This document shows positions 46,565-59,467 of a stretch of DNA of 64,000 bases, piece by piece. A program made the position numbers and the translations under genes. How positions within the stretch are numbered: position 1 is the first letter of the stretch; each line of letters starts with the position of its first letter. The notes beneath the pieces are model-generated. The model did no database searches. It worked only from the letters and a program-made list of their open reading frames with translations, and was not told the DNA's origin. Source of the stretch: Alphaproteobacteria bacterium (lineage in GTDB: Bacteria > Pseudomonadota > Alphaproteobacteria > UBA8366 > JADFVY01); assembly GCA_041563955.1 (NCBI GenBank), contig JBFGQV010000002.1, positions 147 through 64,146 of the forward strand, in the 5' to 3' direction.

Positions 46565-47533
46565 TCAGGCGTCCGTCTCCCCGCCGTCTTCCGCCTCGGT
46601 GGCGATGAAGCGGCCGGCCTGACCCATCTCGACGACGCCGCGGCGGATCTCGCGGGTCCGCCGGAACAGCTCCTCGAGGGTCTCGCCCTCGCCCCACCGG
46701 ATGGCGCGCTGCAGCGCCGTCAGGTCCTCGACGAAGCGGCCGAGCATCTCCAGGACCGCGTCGCGATTGTTCAGGAACACGTCGCGCCACATCACCGGAT
46801 CGGAGCCCGCGATGCGGGTGAAATCCCGGAAGCCACCGGCCGAGTACTTGATCACCTCGCTGGTCTCCACGACGTCGCCGTTGTCCACCGCCTCGCGGCG
46901 CAGCTGCGATTCGAGATCCGCCGCGGTGCCGACGATCGTGTAGGCGATCAGATGCGGCAGATGCGAGGTGATGGCCAGCACCCGGTCATGGTGGTGCGCA
47001 TCCATGAACTCGACCCGGCTGCCAGCGCGGCGCCAGAGATCGGCCATCCGGTCGATCGCGTCGTCGTCGGTGCCGGGTGGCGGGGTGAGGATGCAGTAGC
47101 GGTGCTCGAACAGCTCCGCGAAGCCGGAGTCCGGCCCGGAATGCTCGGTGCCGGCGACTGGGTGGCCGGGGACGAAATGCACGCCCGCCGGCAGCAACGG
47201 CCCGACATCGCGAATCACTGCCATCTTGACCGAGCCGACGTCGGAGACGATCGCCCCGGGCTTGAGGGACGGTGCAAAGCGGGCCGCAAGATCGCCGAAA
47301 GTGCTCACCGGCGTGCACAGCATGACGAGATCCGCGTCGCTCACCGCGTCCGCGACGTCTTCATGGACGCTGTCGACGAATCCGAGCTCCATCGCCCGGT
47401 CGCGGGTCGCCCGGGTGCTGGCGCAGCCGGCGATGTGGGCCACCATGCCGTCCCGCTTCATCACCCAGGCCAGCGACGAGCCCTCTAGGCCGAGGCCGAT
47501 CATCGCGACCCGCTCGAACAGGATCTTGCTCAC
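46565..47533 (-). CDS. tyrC: Prephenate/arogenate dehydrogenase
   Basis: VAMIGLGLEGSSLA is the Rossmann motif. DVGSVK and HPVAGTEHSGP motifs are present. The start overlaps the hisC stop by 4 nt. Confidence 0.85.
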   Translation of the reverse strand: MSKILFERVAMIGLGLEGSSLAWVMKRDGMVAHIAGCASTRATRDRAMELGFVDSVHEDVADAVSDADLVMLCTPVSTFGDLAARFAPSLKPGAIVSDVGSVKMAVIRDVGPLLPAGVHFVPGHPVAGTEHSGPDSGFAELFEHRYCILTPPPGTDDDAIDRMADLWRRAGSRVEFMDAHHHDRVLAITSHLPHLIAYTIVGTAADLESQLRREAVDNGDVVETSEVIKYSAGGFRDFTRIAGSDPVMWRDVFLNNRDAVLEMLGRFVEDLTALQRAIRWGEGETLEELFRRTREIRRGVVEMGQAGRFIATEAEDGGETDA

Positions 47534-48618
47534 GACGCCTCCAGAATTTCGGCAAGTGCCGCCACGAGGGCTCGGTTCTCGTCCTCGAGTCCGACGGTGA
47601 CGCGCAACGACTCGGGCAGGCCGTAGGCGCCCATCAGCCGCGCGATGATCCCCCGCGACCAGAGGAACCGATAGGCCGCGTCGGCGCTGGCCTTGTCGGC
47701 GAAGCGCACGAGGACGAAGTTGCCGGCGGACGGCGGCACCTCCAGTCCAAGTCCGCCGATCTGCTGCGTCAGCCAGGCGAGCCAGCGGCTGTTGTGGTCG
47801 CGGCTGGCCCGCGCATGCTCCCTGTCGCCGACCGCGGCGATTCCGGCGGCCTGCGCCGGCGCCGTTGTGTTGAAGGGGCCGCGCATTCGGTTCAGGACAT
47901 CGATGATCGCCGGCGGGCCGTAGGCCCAGCCGAGGCGCAGCGCAGCGAGCCCGAAGATCTTGGAGAACGTCCGCAACATCACGACATTGTCGTACTCGGC
48001 CGCCAGGTCGGCCCCCGCGGTATAGTCGGGAAGATCGACGTACTCAGCGTAAGCCGCGTCGATCGCGAGGATCACGTCCGGGCGCAACTCCTCACGCAGC
48101 CGCCGCAGCTCCGAGGCCGGCAGGTAGCTGCCGGTCGGATTGTTGGGATTGGCCAGGAACAGCAGGCGGGTCTGCTCGCTCACCCGGTCCAGCAGCGCAT
48201 CGACATTCGCCGTAAGGTTGGTCTCGGGCGCCATCACCGGCGTCGCGCCCGCCGTCTTCGCAGAGATCGCATACATCAGGAAACCGTACTGGCTCTGCAG
48301 AACCTCGTCGCCCGGCCCGGCATAGGCCTTGATCAGCAGCGCGATCAGCTCGTCCGAGCCGGCGCCGCAGACGATGCGCTCGGGATCGAGGCCGAATCGG
48401 GTGCCGATGGCCTGCCGCAGATCGTCGGCCCCGCCTTCCGGATAGCGGTGCAACGTCTCTGCGGCTGCCCGATACGCCTCCTTCGCATGCGGGCTGGGCC
48501 CCAGCGGGTTCTCGTTGGCGGACAGGACGATCACCCGGTCGACGCCGGCAACCTCGTGGCTGCCGCCGACATAGGGGGCGACGTCCATCACGCCGGGACG
48601 CGGTGTCGGGGTGGTCAT
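47530..48618 (-). CDS. hisC: Histidinol-phosphate aminotransferase
   Basis: Start at MTTPTPRPGV. LSANENPLGPSP, NPNNPTG and TFSKIFGLAALRLGW (PLP lysine) motifs are present. Confidence 0.85.
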   Translation of the reverse strand: MTTPTPRPGVMDVAPYVGGSHEVAGVDRVIVLSANENPLGPSPHAKEAYRAAAETLHRYPEGGADDLRQAIGTRFGLDPERIVCGAGSDELIALLIKAYAGPGDEVLQSQYGFLMYAISAKTAGATPVMAPETNLTANVDALLDRVSEQTRLLFLANPNNPTGSYLPASELRRLREELRPDVILAIDAAYAEYVDLPDYTAGADLAAEYDNVVMLRTFSKIFGLAALRLGWAYGPPAIIDVLNRMRGPFNTTAPAQAAGIAAVGDREHARASRDHNSRWLAWLTQQIGGLGLEVPPSAGNFVLVRFADKASADAAYRFLWSRGIIARLMGAYGLPESLRVTVGLEDENRALVAALAEILEAS

Positions 48619-48656
48619 GCGCTCTGTCCTGCCATCGGTTGCATGCACGCCATCGT

Positions 48657-49517
48657 TCAGAGTCGCGACGGCTCGGACAACGGCACGGGATAGACACCGA
48701 CGATCTGCGCCCGCGCCACGTGTTCCTGCGCAATCAGCAGTGCCAGCCGCGGGTCTCCGGCCTCCAGGAACCCGGCCGTCTCGGCCAGGTAGTGCAGGCT
48801 GCCGTCGGTGGCGGCGCAGACCAGCCGCCCCTCCAGACCGACCCGGCCGAGCATGTCGGCGAAGAATGCGCGGCGCCGCGCCTCGGTCGTCTCGATCAGG
48901 ATCAGGCTACGGTCATCGCCCGTCGGCTCCGGGGCGATGCGCGCGATCACCAGCGCCTGGGCCTTGCTGTCCCGCACGTTTCCTGTGCCGGCAAACGGCA
49001 GACGCAGGACGACGCGCGGGGCGTCGGCGGACCACAGCCCGGCCCACCAGGGGCGGTCGTCCTCCTCGGACGGATACGGCAGGACGCCGTGGGTCACCGT
49101 CCCGTCGGCGACGCCGGCGACCACGTCGCGTCGCGCCGAGCGGGCCGAGACCGCCGTGCAGCTGCCGAAATAGTCCCGCGACAGGTCCCACAGGCCGCCA
49201 CGCTCATCGTCGAAGACGGCCACGCTGTACGGCCCCTGCATGGCGGTCACCGCCGAGATGATCTCGCGCCAGACGCGGACCAGCGAGCCGCGCGGAAACG
49301 GGCCGTCGTGCCGGGCCGCGAGACGCCGCAGAATCTCGGCCTCGCGACCCGGGCGCATGCCGGAAGCCGCCTGCTCGCCCTTGGCCGCCGCGATGTTCTC
49401 GACGATGGCGGCGCGCCGCATGATCAGGTCATGCAGCGCGGTATCGATCTCGTCGATCGCGGTGCGCAGATCGTCCAGTCTGTCCTGTGGCCTGTCCATG
49501 ACCGCACTGTGTCCCAT
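48657..49517 (-). CDS. Chorismate mutase domain protein with C-terminal prephenate-dehydratase-like region (start 49517 or 49499)
   Basis: LRTAIDEIDTALHDLIMRRAAIVENIA...RPGREAEILRRL is an AroQ-type chorismate mutase helix pattern. It lies upstream of hisC-tyrC on the same strand. Confidence 0.7.
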   Translation of the reverse strand: MGHSAVMDRPQDRLDDLRTAIDEIDTALHDLIMRRAAIVENIAAAKGEQAASGMRPGREAEILRRLAARHDGPFPRGSLVRVWREIISAVTAMQGPYSVAVFDDERGGLWDLSRDYFGSCTAVSARSARRDVVAGVADGTVTHGVLPYPSEEDDRPWWAGLWSADAPRVVLRLPFAGTGNVRDSKAQALVIARIAPEPTGDDRSLILIETTEARRRAFFADMLGRVGLEGRLVCAATDGSLHYLAETAGFLEAGDPRLALLIAQEHVARAQIVGVYPVPLSEPSRL

Positions 49518-49644
49518 GCCCGGACCCCCCGGGAAATTTGGGTTATTAGCAGGTTGCCGCGCGGCTGTCAGCAGTTGCCGCCGCACCGCCCGCACGGCGA
49601 AGTAATCATTGACGGGCCAAGACTTCGACTCTAGCTATTCGGCC

Positions 49645-50790
49645 ATGTCGGAACCCGCGTTCACATTGCCCGGCCACCGGATCGAACTGGGCGGCGACGA
49701 GAAGCTGCGCCTCGACTGCGGCGTCGCCCTCGGCCCGTTTCCGCTTGCCTACCAGACATACGGCGAGCTGAACGCCGACAAGTCGAACGCGATTCTGGTC
49801 TGCCATGCGCTGACCGGCGACCAGTTCGTCGCCGAGACGCACCCGATCACCGGCAAGCCGGGTTGGTGGGATCTTATGGTGGGGTCGGGCAAGCCGCTCG
49901 ACACCGACCGGTACTTCATCATCTGCGCCAACGTGCTCGGCGGATGCCTCGGCACGGTCGGCCCCAAGGAGACCGATCCAGCCACCGGCAAGCCCTATGG
50001 GCTGAGCTTTCCGGTCATCACGATCGCCGACATGGTGCGCGCCCAGCGCATGCTGATCGACCATCTCGGCATCGACCAGCTATTCGCGGTCCTCGGCGGA
50101 TCGATGGGGGCGATGCAGGTCCTGGACTGGGCCGCGCGCTATCCGGAGCGGGTGTTCGCGGCAGTTCCGATCGCTGGCGCGGCGCGCCATTCCGCCCAGA
50201 ACATCGCATTCCACGAAGTCGGGCGCCAAGCCATCATGGCGGACCCGGACTGGCATGGCGGCGACTATCTGCTGCACGGCACCCGGCCGCATCGCGGCCT
50301 CGCCGTGGCGCGCATGGCGGCGCACATCACCTACCTCTCGGAAACCGCCCTGCACCGCAAGTTCGGTCGCAGCCTGCAGGACCGCGAGGCCCTGACCTAT
50401 GGATTCGACGCCGATTTCCAGGTCGAGAGCTACCTGCGGCACCAGGGCATCACCTTCGTCGAGCGGTTCGACGCCAATTCCTATCTCTACATCACCCGGG
50501 CGATGGATTATTTCGACCTGGCCGCCGAGTTCGGGTCGATCGCCGCCGCCTTCGAGAGCACGCCGGTGCGGTACTGCCTGATCTCCTTTACCAGCGACTG
50601 GCTGTTCCCGACCTCGGAAAGCCGGGCCGTCGTGCACGCCCTCAACGCGGTGGCCGCGAATGTCAGCTTCGTCGAGCTGGAATCGGACAAGGGCCACGAC
50701 GCCTTCCTGCTCGACGAGCCGGAATTCCGCGACGTTCTTTCGGGATTCCTGAACGGCTGCGCCGAGCACCGGGGCCTGAACGGGACATGA
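49645..50790 (+). CDS. metX: Homoserine O-acetyltransferase
   Basis: [10 protein letters not shown]..., GGSMGAM (nucleophile elbow GxSxG) and SFTSDWLFP are MetX hallmarks. Confidence 0.9.
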   Translation: MSEPAFTLPGHRIELGGDEKLRLDCGVALGPFPLAYQTYGELNADKSNAILVCHALTGDQFVAETHPITGKPGWWDLMVGSGKPLDTDRYFIICANVLGGCLGTVGPKETDPATGKPYGLSFPVITIADMVRAQRMLIDHLGIDQLFAVLGGSMGAMQVLDWAARYPERVFAAVPIAGAARHSAQNIAFHEVGRQAIMADPDWHGGDYLLHGTRPHRGLAVARMAAHITYLSETALHRKFGRSLQDREALTYGFDADFQVESYLRHQGITFVERFDANSYLYITRAMDYFDLAAEFGSIAAAFESTPVRYCLISFTSDWLFPTSESRAVVHALNAVAANVSFVELESDKGHDAFLLDEPEFRDVLSGFLNGCAEHRGLNGT

Positions 50791-51407
50791 ACGGTCCCGC
50801 CGCCTCGCTCCGCGTCGATCTGCAACTGATCGCGCAGATGGTCGCCCCGGGCAGTCGGGTTCTCGATGTCGGCTGCGGCGACGGCGCGCTGCTGCAGCAC
50901 CTGTGGAAGACCAAGGAGGTCGACGGGCGCGGCATCGAGCTCAGCCAGGCCGGGGTGAATGCCTGCGTGCGCAACGGGCTGTCGGTGATCCAGGGCGATG
51001 CCGACACCGACCTGAAGGACTACCCGTCCGATGCCTTCGACTACGTGATTCTCAGCCAGACGCTGCAGGCGACGCACAACCCCCGCATCGTTCTCGACCA
51101 TATGGCGCGGATCGGACGGCGCTCGATCGTCTCGTTTCCGAACTTCGGATATTGGCGGGTCCGTCTCGGCCTGCTCCTCGGAGGCCGGATGCCGGTGACG
51201 AAAGACCTGCCGAACCAGTGGTATGAGACGCCGAACATCCATTTCTGCACGATCCGGGACTTCGTGATTCTCGGGCGCGAGATGAATCTCCTTGTCGAGC
51301 GCGGCCTCGCGCTGAACGGCGAAGGACGGCCGCTGGGCCTCGACCCCGCCGGCGCCGTGGCGAATCTGATGGCGGTGCAGGCGGTGTTCCTGCTGCGGCG
51401 CTCCTGA
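50787..51407 (+). CDS. metW: Methionine biosynthesis protein MetW
   Basis: The ATG overlaps the metX stop (ATGA). [12 protein letters not shown] is the SAM-MTase-like motif. [11 protein letters not shown] is typical of MetW. Confidence 0.9.
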   Translation: MNGPAASLRVDLQLIAQMVAPGSRVLDVGCGDGALLQHLWKTKEVDGRGIELSQAGVNACVRNGLSVIQGDADTDLKDYPSDAFDYVILSQTLQATHNPRIVLDHMARIGRRSIVSFPNFGYWRVRLGLLLGGRMPVTKDLPNQWYETPNIHFCTIRDFVILGREMNLLVERGLALNGEGRPLGLDPAGAVANLMAVQAVFLLRRS

Positions 51408-51431
51408 CGCACGGGTGTCGCCATCGCGCGA

Positions 51432-51842
51432 TCAGTCGCCCGCGCGTTCGTCGGCGAGACGCTCCAACGCCTCCATATCGTCGTCGGAAAAGCCGAAATG
51501 GTGCCCGATCTCGTGGATGATCACGTGGCGCACCAGATGCCCGAGCTCTTCGCCGGTCTCGCACCAGTAGTCGAGCAGCGGCCGCCGGTAGAGAAAGATC
51601 ATATTGACGTCCTGACGGACGCCGACCGCCTCCTCGTTGTCCAGCGACACGCCGGAATACAGGCCGAGCAGATCGAACTCCGTCTCGAGCTCCATCTCGC
51701 GGCAGGTCTCGGGATCCGGGAAATCCTGGACGCGGATAACCACATCGCGCACGTGACGGCGCAGCTCGTCGGGGATCGCCGCCAACGCCGCGCGGGCGAG
51801 GACCTCGAGATCGTCCAGGGAAGGCGCGTAGGTTCCGGTCAT
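51432..51842 (-). CDS. Zincin-like metallopeptidase family protein (DUF1025)
   Basis: HEIGHHFG is an HExxH motif near the C-terminus. About 136 aa from the ATG at 51842. Confidence 0.75.
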   Translation of the reverse strand: MTGTYAPSLDDLEVLARAALAAIPDELRRHVRDVVIRVQDFPDPETCREMELETEFDLLGLYSGVSLDNEEAVGVRQDVNMIFLYRRPLLDYWCETGEELGHLVRHVIIHEIGHHFGFSDDDMEALERLADERAGD

Positions 51843-51910
51843 GGCCGGCAACAATAGCCGCGCCGGCGGCCGCGCACTAGATTGATGGCAGGCTGGATGA
51901 GGAGAAGGCC

Positions 51911-52201
51911 ATGGTCGAAAAACTGTCGCGCGAGGAACGCCGTGCCGCCCTTGCCGAGCTGGGCGGCTGGCGCGATGCAGCTGATCGCGATGCGATCGTC
52001 AGGAGTTTCCAGTTCCGGGACTTCAACGAGGCGTTCGGATTCATGGCGCGGGTCGCCATCGAGGCGGAACGCATGAATCACCACCCCGAGTGGTCCAACG
52101 TGTACAACCGTGTCGAGGTGACGCTGACGACGCATGATTGCGGCGGCCTGAGCGAGCGCGACATCGCGCTGGCGCGTTTCATCGACCGTGCGGCCGGTTA
52201 G
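51911..52201 (+). CDS. phhB: 4a-Hydroxytetrahydrobiopterin (pterin-4-alpha-carbinolamine) dehydratase
   Basis: 96 aa. [17 protein letters not shown]...[18 protein letters not shown] is the PCD signature. Confidence 0.85.
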   Translation: MVEKLSREERRAALAELGGWRDAADRDAIVRSFQFRDFNEAFGFMARVAIEAERMNHHPEWSNVYNRVEVTLTTHDCGGLSERDIALARFIDRAAG

Positions 52202-52959
52202 CGCGGCTGCATCCGCAGGGCGCTGTCGAGCCGCACGATCTCGCCGTTCAGGACCGGGTTGCCGACCATGTGCATGACGAGGGCGGCGAATTCCTCCGGT
52301 TTGCCGAACCGCTTGGGGAACGGCAGCGTCGCGGCGAGGCTGTCCCGTACATCCTCGGGCAGGCCGCGCAGCAGGGGCGTCGCGAACAGGCCCGGCGCGA
52401 TGGCCAGCACGCGCACCCCGATGGTCGCGAATTCGCGGGCGGCCGGCAGGGTCAGGGCGGCGACGGCGCCCTTCGAGGCGGCATAGGCGGACTGCCCGAC
52501 CTGACCCTCGAAGGCCGCAATCGATGCGGTATTGACGATGACCCCCCGTTCGCCGTCGGCGTTCGCGGTTCGGCCCGCCATTTCGGCGGCGGCAAGCCGC
52601 ATGACGTTGAACGTGCCGATCAGGTTGACCTGGATGACCTGCTGGAAATCCTCCAGCGGCATCGGGCCGTCGGTGCCGACGATGCGCCGCGCCGGCGCGA
52701 TGCCGGCGCAGCTCACCGCGATGCCGCACGGGCCGTGCGCCGATCGCGCCTCGTCCATCGCCACGGCGACCGCTTCCGCATCGGCGACGTTGCAGCCCAG
52801 CCCGAGCCCGCCAATGGTGTTGGCGACGGCAACCGCGCTGTTGCCGTCGCGGTCGAGAATGGTCACCTGCGCACCGGCCGCGGCCAGCGCCTGCGCCGTG
52901 GCGGCGCCGAGGCCCGACGCGCCACCCGTTACGATCGCCGCGACTCCTCCGACATCCAT
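52198..52959 (-). CDS. SDR-family 3-hydroxyacyl-CoA dehydrogenase (type II HADH-like)
   Basis: Start at [29 protein letters not shown] carries YxxxK. The layout is typical of HSD17B10-like enzymes. The 3' end overlaps the phhB stop by 4 nt. Confidence 0.8.
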   Translation of the reverse strand: MDVGGVAAIVTGGASGLGAATAQALAAAGAQVTILDRDGNSAVAVANTIGGLGLGCNVADAEAVAVAMDEARSAHGPCGIAVSCAGIAPARRIVGTDGPMPLEDFQQVIQVNLIGTFNVMRLAAAEMAGRTANADGERGVIVNTASIAAFEGQVGQSAYAASKGAVAALTLPAAREFATIGVRVLAIAPGLFATPLLRGLPEDVRDSLAATLPFPKRFGKPEEFAALVMHMVGNPVLNGEIVRLDSALRMQPR

Positions 52960-53019
52960 GGCCGTCCCTCCTGTAGCGGTACACCGCGCGGTATAGCAGA
53001 AGCGGTGCGTCGTCACTAT

Positions 53020-53400
53020 ATGCCAGTGATGAGCACGAATCTGCCTGTCCCGTTCCCCCATCCGGATCCCCGGCCGGACGACGAGGCGAAGATCCGGGAC
53101 GGCTTCTGGCGCAAGGTGCGGCGCTACGCCCGGCACATCCCGTTCGCCGAGGAGGCGGTGGCGGCCTGGTACTGCACCCGTGATCCGAAGACGCCACCTC
53201 GGATCAGGGCCGTTGCGGTGGCGGCCCTGGCCTATTTCGTCATTCCCACGGATGCGCTGCCGGACTTCCTGCCGACCCTGGGGTTTGCGGATGATGCCGC
53301 CATGTTCTGGGCGGTCTGGCAGATGATCGCCAATCATGTCACCAACGAGCACCGGCAGCTGGCGGCACAGGCCCTCGACGCGGAGAATTTGCGCGAATAA
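53020..53400 (+). CDS. YkvA-family (DUF1232) membrane protein (start 53020 or 53029)
   Basis: AALAYFVIPTDALPDFLPTLGFADDAAM is the DUF1232 core motif. Confidence 0.7.
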   Translation: MPVMSTNLPVPFPHPDPRPDDEAKIRDGFWRKVRRYARHIPFAEEAVAAWYCTRDPKTPPRIRAVAVAALAYFVIPTDALPDFLPTLGFADDAAMFWAVWQMIANHVTNEHRQLAAQALDAENLRE

Positions 53401-53469
53401 GCTGCCCCATGGCGCGGCTGCGGCTCGCCCCGCGCCGGCACCGCAGTCAATCAGGGGGGACATCGCATC

Positions 53470-53754
53470 ATGGAATTTCTGGTCGTCGCACTGGACGGAA
53501 CCGACGCGCAGGCGCTCGATCGCCGGATGGCCGCGCGCGAGGCGCATTTGGCAGGAGTCGCCACTCTCAGGGAGAAGGGCATTTTCCGCGCCGGGGGCGC
53601 GATACTGGATGATGATGGCAATATGGTCGGCTCTGCCGTGATATACGAATGCCCGGACCGGGACACGGTCGAGAAATGCGTGGCCGACGACCCTTACAGC
53701 AAGGGCGATGTGTGGCGAAATGTGACGATCTACCCGTTTCGGATGGTCCGCTGA
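53470..53754 (+). CDS. YciI-family protein
   Basis: 94 aa. MEFLVVALD...REAHLA...DPY...V matches the YciI-like fold pattern. Confidence 0.7.
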   Translation: MEFLVVALDGTDAQALDRRMAAREAHLAGVATLREKGIFRAGGAILDDDGNMVGSAVIYECPDRDTVEKCVADDPYSKGDVWRNVTIYPFRMVR

Positions 53755-53772
53755 TCAAGGCGGAGACTGCCG

Positions 53773-55725
<1,953 letters not shown>

Positions 55726-55755
55726 CGGGCCGCACGCACAGGCGCGAAAACGGGC

Positions 55756-57603
55756 ATGGAAAAGAAGACGCAGCTCAGCATCTGGTACTTCATCCTGGCG
55801 ATTCTCGCGATCCTGTTCCTGCAGAGCCTGTGGACCGAGTCGCAGACCTACGAGCGCATCCCCTACAGCGAATTCCGCAAATACCTCGCCGAGGGCAAGA
55901 TCGTCGAGGTCGTCGTCTCGGAGACCACGGTGCGCGGCAAGCTGAGCGAGCCGATCGACGGCCGACAGCAGGTTGTCGCCGTGCGGGTCGAGCCGGATCT
56001 CGCCAGGGATCTCGATACGTTCGGGGTCGATTACACCGGCACCGTCGAGAGCACCTTCCTGCGCGATGTGCTGTCGTGGGTCGTCCCGATCCTGATCTTC
56101 TTCGGCCTCTACATGTTCGTCCTGCGGCGGCTGTTCGAGCGGGGCGGGTTCGGCGGCGGGGGCGGCGGCTTCATGTCGGTCGGCCGCAGCAAGGCAAAGA
56201 TCTATATGGAAACCGACACCAAGGTGACGTTCGAGGATGTCGCCGGGGTCGACGAGGCCAAGCTCGAGCTGCAGGAAATCGTGCTGTTCCTGAAGGATCC
56301 CCGGACCTATGGTCGGCTCGGCGGCCGCGTACCCAAGGGCGTGCTGCTGGTCGGCCCGCCGGGGACCGGCAAGACCCTGCTGGCGCGGGCGGTGGCCGGC
56401 GAGGCCGGGGTGCCGTTCTTCTCGATCAACGGCTCGGAGTTCGTGGAGATGTTCGTCGGCGTCGGCGCGGCGCGCGTGCGCGACCTGTTCGAGCAGGCGC
56501 GGCAGAAGGCGCCGGCCATCATCTTCATCGACGAGCTCGATGCGCTGGGCCGGGCCCGCGGCCTGTCGCCGGTCGGCGGCGGCGGCCACGACGAGAAGGA
56601 GCAGACCCTGAACCAGCTGCTGGCCGAGCTCGACGGCTTCGATCCGTCGACCGGCCTGATCCTGCTGGCCGCCACCAACCGGCCGGAGATCCTCGACCCG
56701 GCGCTGCTGCGCGCCGGCCGCTTCGACCGCCAGGTGCTGGTCGACCGGCCGGACAAGATCGGCCGCGTCCAGATCCTCAACATCCACCTGCGCAAGATCA
56801 AGCTGGCCGAAGACATTGACCCCGAAATCATCGCCTCGCTGACGCCGGGATTCAGCGGCGCCGACCTCGCCAACCTCGCCAACGAGGCGGCGCTCCTGGC
56901 GACCCGCCGCGGCGGCACCGACGTGACCATGGACGATTTCACCGCGGCGATCGAGCGCATCGTCGCCGGGCTGGAAAAGAAGAACCGGCTCCTCAACCCG
57001 CTCGAGCGCAAGGTCGTCGCACATCACGAGATGGGCCATGCGCTGGTCTCGCTATCGCTCGGCGGCATCGAGAGGGTGCATAAGGTCTCGATCATTCCGC
57101 GCGGCATCGGATCACTGGGATATACGATTCAGCGGCCCACCGAGGAGCGCTACCTGATGACGCGGGAAGAGCTGGAGAACAAGATGGCGGTCCTGCTCGG
57201 CGGCCGGGCCGCCGAGTCGCTGGTGTTCGGCCATCTGTCGACGGGCGCCGCGGACGATCTGTCGAAGGCGACCGACATCGCGCGCTCAATGGTGACCCGA
57301 TACGGCATGGTCGAGTCGCTCGGGCACGTGACCTACGATACCGAACCGCGCTCGTTCCTCGACGTGCAGCAGCGGCCGACCATGCTGGAGCGGCAGTACA
57401 GTGAGGAAACCGCGCGCGAGATCGACTGCGCCGTGCGCGAGATCCTCGATGCCGCCTACGAGAAGGCCAGCGCGATCCTGACCGAGCGGCGCAAGGATCT
57501 GGAAAAGGGCGCCGACGCGCTGCTCGAGAAGGAGACGCTGAGCGAGGACGAGCTCACCGCCATCGTCGGGTCGGCACGGACCCCGGCGGCCGCGGCACAA
57601 TAG
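55756..57603 (+). CDS. ftsH: ATP-dependent zinc metalloprotease FtsH
   Basis: One N-terminal TM plus a second TM. Walker A GPPGTGKT, Walker [31 protein letters not shown], zinc site HEMGHAL. Confidence 0.9.
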   Translation: MEKKTQLSIWYFILAILAILFLQSLWTESQTYERIPYSEFRKYLAEGKIVEVVVSETTVRGKLSEPIDGRQQVVAVRVEPDLARDLDTFGVDYTGTVESTFLRDVLSWVVPILIFFGLYMFVLRRLFERGGFGGGGGGFMSVGRSKAKIYMETDTKVTFEDVAGVDEAKLELQEIVLFLKDPRTYGRLGGRVPKGVLLVGPPGTGKTLLARAVAGEAGVPFFSINGSEFVEMFVGVGAARVRDLFEQARQKAPAIIFIDELDALGRARGLSPVGGGGHDEKEQTLNQLLAELDGFDPSTGLILLAATNRPEILDPALLRAGRFDRQVLVDRPDKIGRVQILNIHLRKIKLAEDIDPEIIASLTPGFSGADLANLANEAALLATRRGGTDVTMDDFTAAIERIVAGLEKKNRLLNPLERKVVAHHEMGHALVSLSLGGIERVHKVSIIPRGIGSLGYTIQRPTEERYLMTREELENKMAVLLGGRAAESLVFGHLSTGAADDLSKATDIARSMVTRYGMVESLGHVTYDTEPRSFLDVQQRPTMLERQYSEETAREIDCAVREILDAAYEKASAILTERRKDLEKGADALLEKETLSEDELTAIVGSARTPAAAAQ

Positions 57604-57669
57604 GGCGCAACACGGGTTGCGGCGTCGCCGCCCGGGCCCCATATGCGTCGGGCGGGGCCATATCCGGGC

Positions 57670-57698
57670 TTGCCTTTGCAGGCGGCTTTGCGTAATGT
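57670..57698 (+). promoter_or_regulatory. Candidate sigma-70 promoter for tRNA-Arg (TTGCCT-17 nt-TAATGT)
   Basis: The hexamers at 57670-57675 and 57693-57698 have a 17-nt spacer and lie about 40 nt upstream of the mature tRNA 5' end. Pattern match only. Confidence 0.3.
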
Positions 57699-57736
57699 CC
57701 GCGCCGCCGCCCTGGGCGGCACACCCCGCAAGAGAT

Positions 57737-57813
57737 GCGCCCGTAGCTCAACTGGACAGAGTACCTGACTACGGATCAGGGGGTTGGGGGTTCGAATCCT
57801 CCCGGGCGCGCCA
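57737..57813 (+). tRNA. tRNA-Arg (anticodon ACG)
   Basis: GCGCCCGTAGCTCAACTGGACAGAGTACCTGACTACGGATCAGGGGGTTGGGGGTTCGAATCCTCCCGGGCGCGCCA. It has a 7-bp acceptor stem, anticodon loop CTACGGA, a GTTCGAATC T-loop and an encoded CCA. Confidence 0.9.
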
Positions 57814-57906
57814 TTCCCGAAATCCGCGAACCGAACCGGCCGGCCCGGTGCACCGGACCGGCGCTGGCGCACGCGCGAGGTTCGGATGTCGCCGTGCGGA
57901 CGGCGC

Positions 57907-59226
57907 TCAGATCAGGTCCAGCAGGATGTCGAGCGCCCACAGGCCGAAGATCGTGGCCCCGGCATGGACCGCGAGGGTCACGCCATAGCCGAGGCCGATG
58001 GCCGACACGGCGAGGAGGCCCATCGGGCGCACGTCGGACGGCTGCGTGTCCATGTGCCAGACGCCGACGCCGCCGAACGCGGCAACGGCCGCGATGATGT
58101 AGTCGCCGAGCCAGGCGAAGCCGATGATGCCGCCCGCAGCCACCGCCAGCAAGATGCGGCGCGCCCAGGCGGCGCCGAAGGAATGCAGCACCGCGCGCAG
58201 CACCTGGCCGCCGTCGAGCGGCAGGATCGGCAGGAGCTGCAGAAGGTTCAGGCCGCCGACACCGAGGGCCAGTGCGGCCGTGATCACGACATAGCTCTCC
58301 GGCGGGTCGAGATACTGCGCCAGCTCGAACCAGCCGGGCACCGCCGTCAGCCACGGCGGGGCCAACGCCACCGTGACGGCCAGCAGGATCGCACAGGGAA
58401 TGATGCTGATCGCGGGCCCCATCAGGGCGCAAAACGCCTCGTCGAAGCGCGTCCTGTGCGGGTGGTTGCCGACCGCGACCCCGCCGAGGAAGGGCAGCAG
58501 CATGATCCGCGGCGCCGGATGCCCGCTCATCCGGAAGGCGAGCCAGTGGCCGAACTCGTGCACGATCAGGATCGCCGCCAGCGCGAGGGCGGCGATCCAG
58601 CCGAGCCACAGGGCAAAGCTACCCAGCGCGACGGCGGACAGGGCGAGCGTCTTCCACGTGAAGGCGCCGGGCGGGGATTTCGGGGCAACGACATCCGATT
58701 CGCTGACGCGCTTGAGCTCCCGTACATACCGGCCGATCGCGCGCCGGACCGCAACATACTGCCACAGGGAGGCGGTTTCGCCGCGCCAAGAATAGGACAC
58801 CTGTGTTCCGCCCGGAACCTCCCGGAATTCGACGATATCGCGCGTGTCCTCGCCGAGCGGCCACGGCTTGCCATCGACTTCCAGCACCCGCGATTCAACG
58901 CGGTCGGGTTTCCGCTCCTCGATGATCTCCGCGCGCACCGTTGCGAACGCGGTGCGGTGGCCGCCGCTGCGATCGATGGTCTGCTCGACGATCAGGGGCG
59001 ACTCCTGCACCACCTGCTGTCCGACGACGTGCGGGTGGAGGGCGGCGCTGCGGGAATCCGAAGACTCGATCTGATGGGCCTCCCAGACCGTATCACGGGG
59101 CGCCGCGACATGCGTTCCGACCGTGAACTGCCGCGGTCTTCGGAACGGCAGCGACAGGGCGATCAGCGCGACGAGGAAGCCGAATACGCCCCATGGGACA
59201 AGGATCAGGAGTAGCTGGCTTGCCAT
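57907..59226 (-). CDS. Site-2 protease (M50) family membrane metalloprotease fused to an N-terminal SRPBCC/START-like domain
   Basis: 439 aa. An N-terminal TM is followed by ~150 aa with an SRPBCC-like pattern (APRDTVWEAH...VEFREVPGGTQVSYSW). The membrane domain carries HEFGH and NLLQLLPILPLDGG (NxxPxxxLDG). Confidence 0.7.
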   Translation of the reverse strand: MASQLLLILVPWGVFGFLVALIALSLPFRRPRQFTVGTHVAAPRDTVWEAHQIESSDSRSAALHPHVVGQQVVQESPLIVEQTIDRSGGHRTAFATVRAEIIEERKPDRVESRVLEVDGKPWPLGEDTRDIVEFREVPGGTQVSYSWRGETASLWQYVAVRRAIGRYVRELKRVSESDVVAPKSPPGAFTWKTLALSAVALGSFALWLGWIAALALAAILIVHEFGHWLAFRMSGHPAPRIMLLPFLGGVAVGNHPHRTRFDEAFCALMGPAISIIPCAILLAVTVALAPPWLTAVPGWFELAQYLDPPESYVVITAALALGVGGLNLLQLLPILPLDGGQVLRAVLHSFGAAWARRILLAVAAGGIIGFAWLGDYIIAAVAAFGGVGVWHMDTQPSDVRPMGLLAVSAIGLGYGVTLAVHAGATIFGLWALDILLDLI

Positions 59227-59467
59227 GAACGCCCCCTTGCAGCCGGCATCAGCGGTGGCCCGCCGACTCTCGCGCCGTTCGCTTAAGGGCGGGTGAACGA
59301 TAGCTAAAATGCGCAGTGATTGCCGTATCGCCGGCTGGCGCCGCGGCGCCGGCGTTTAAACGGAACGTTAACCGCAGGCTGCTATCATCGCGGCGTCGAC
59401 ATCGGTCGGCGGACCCGTGCGATGCCGTGCCGGGCCTCAGGAAACCGGACAACGGGAGTTTCGAGTC

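Noticed and set aside
49518-49644. Possible SAM-II/SAM-V riboswitch in the metX leader, which is common in alphaproteobacteria.
   Set aside because: I could not recognise the characteristic pseudoknot elements (loop GGCUU pairing with a 3' AAAGCU) in the ~125-nt divergent region. This needs a covariance-model scan (cmscan with RF00521/RF01826) to settle. It is not reported as a feature.
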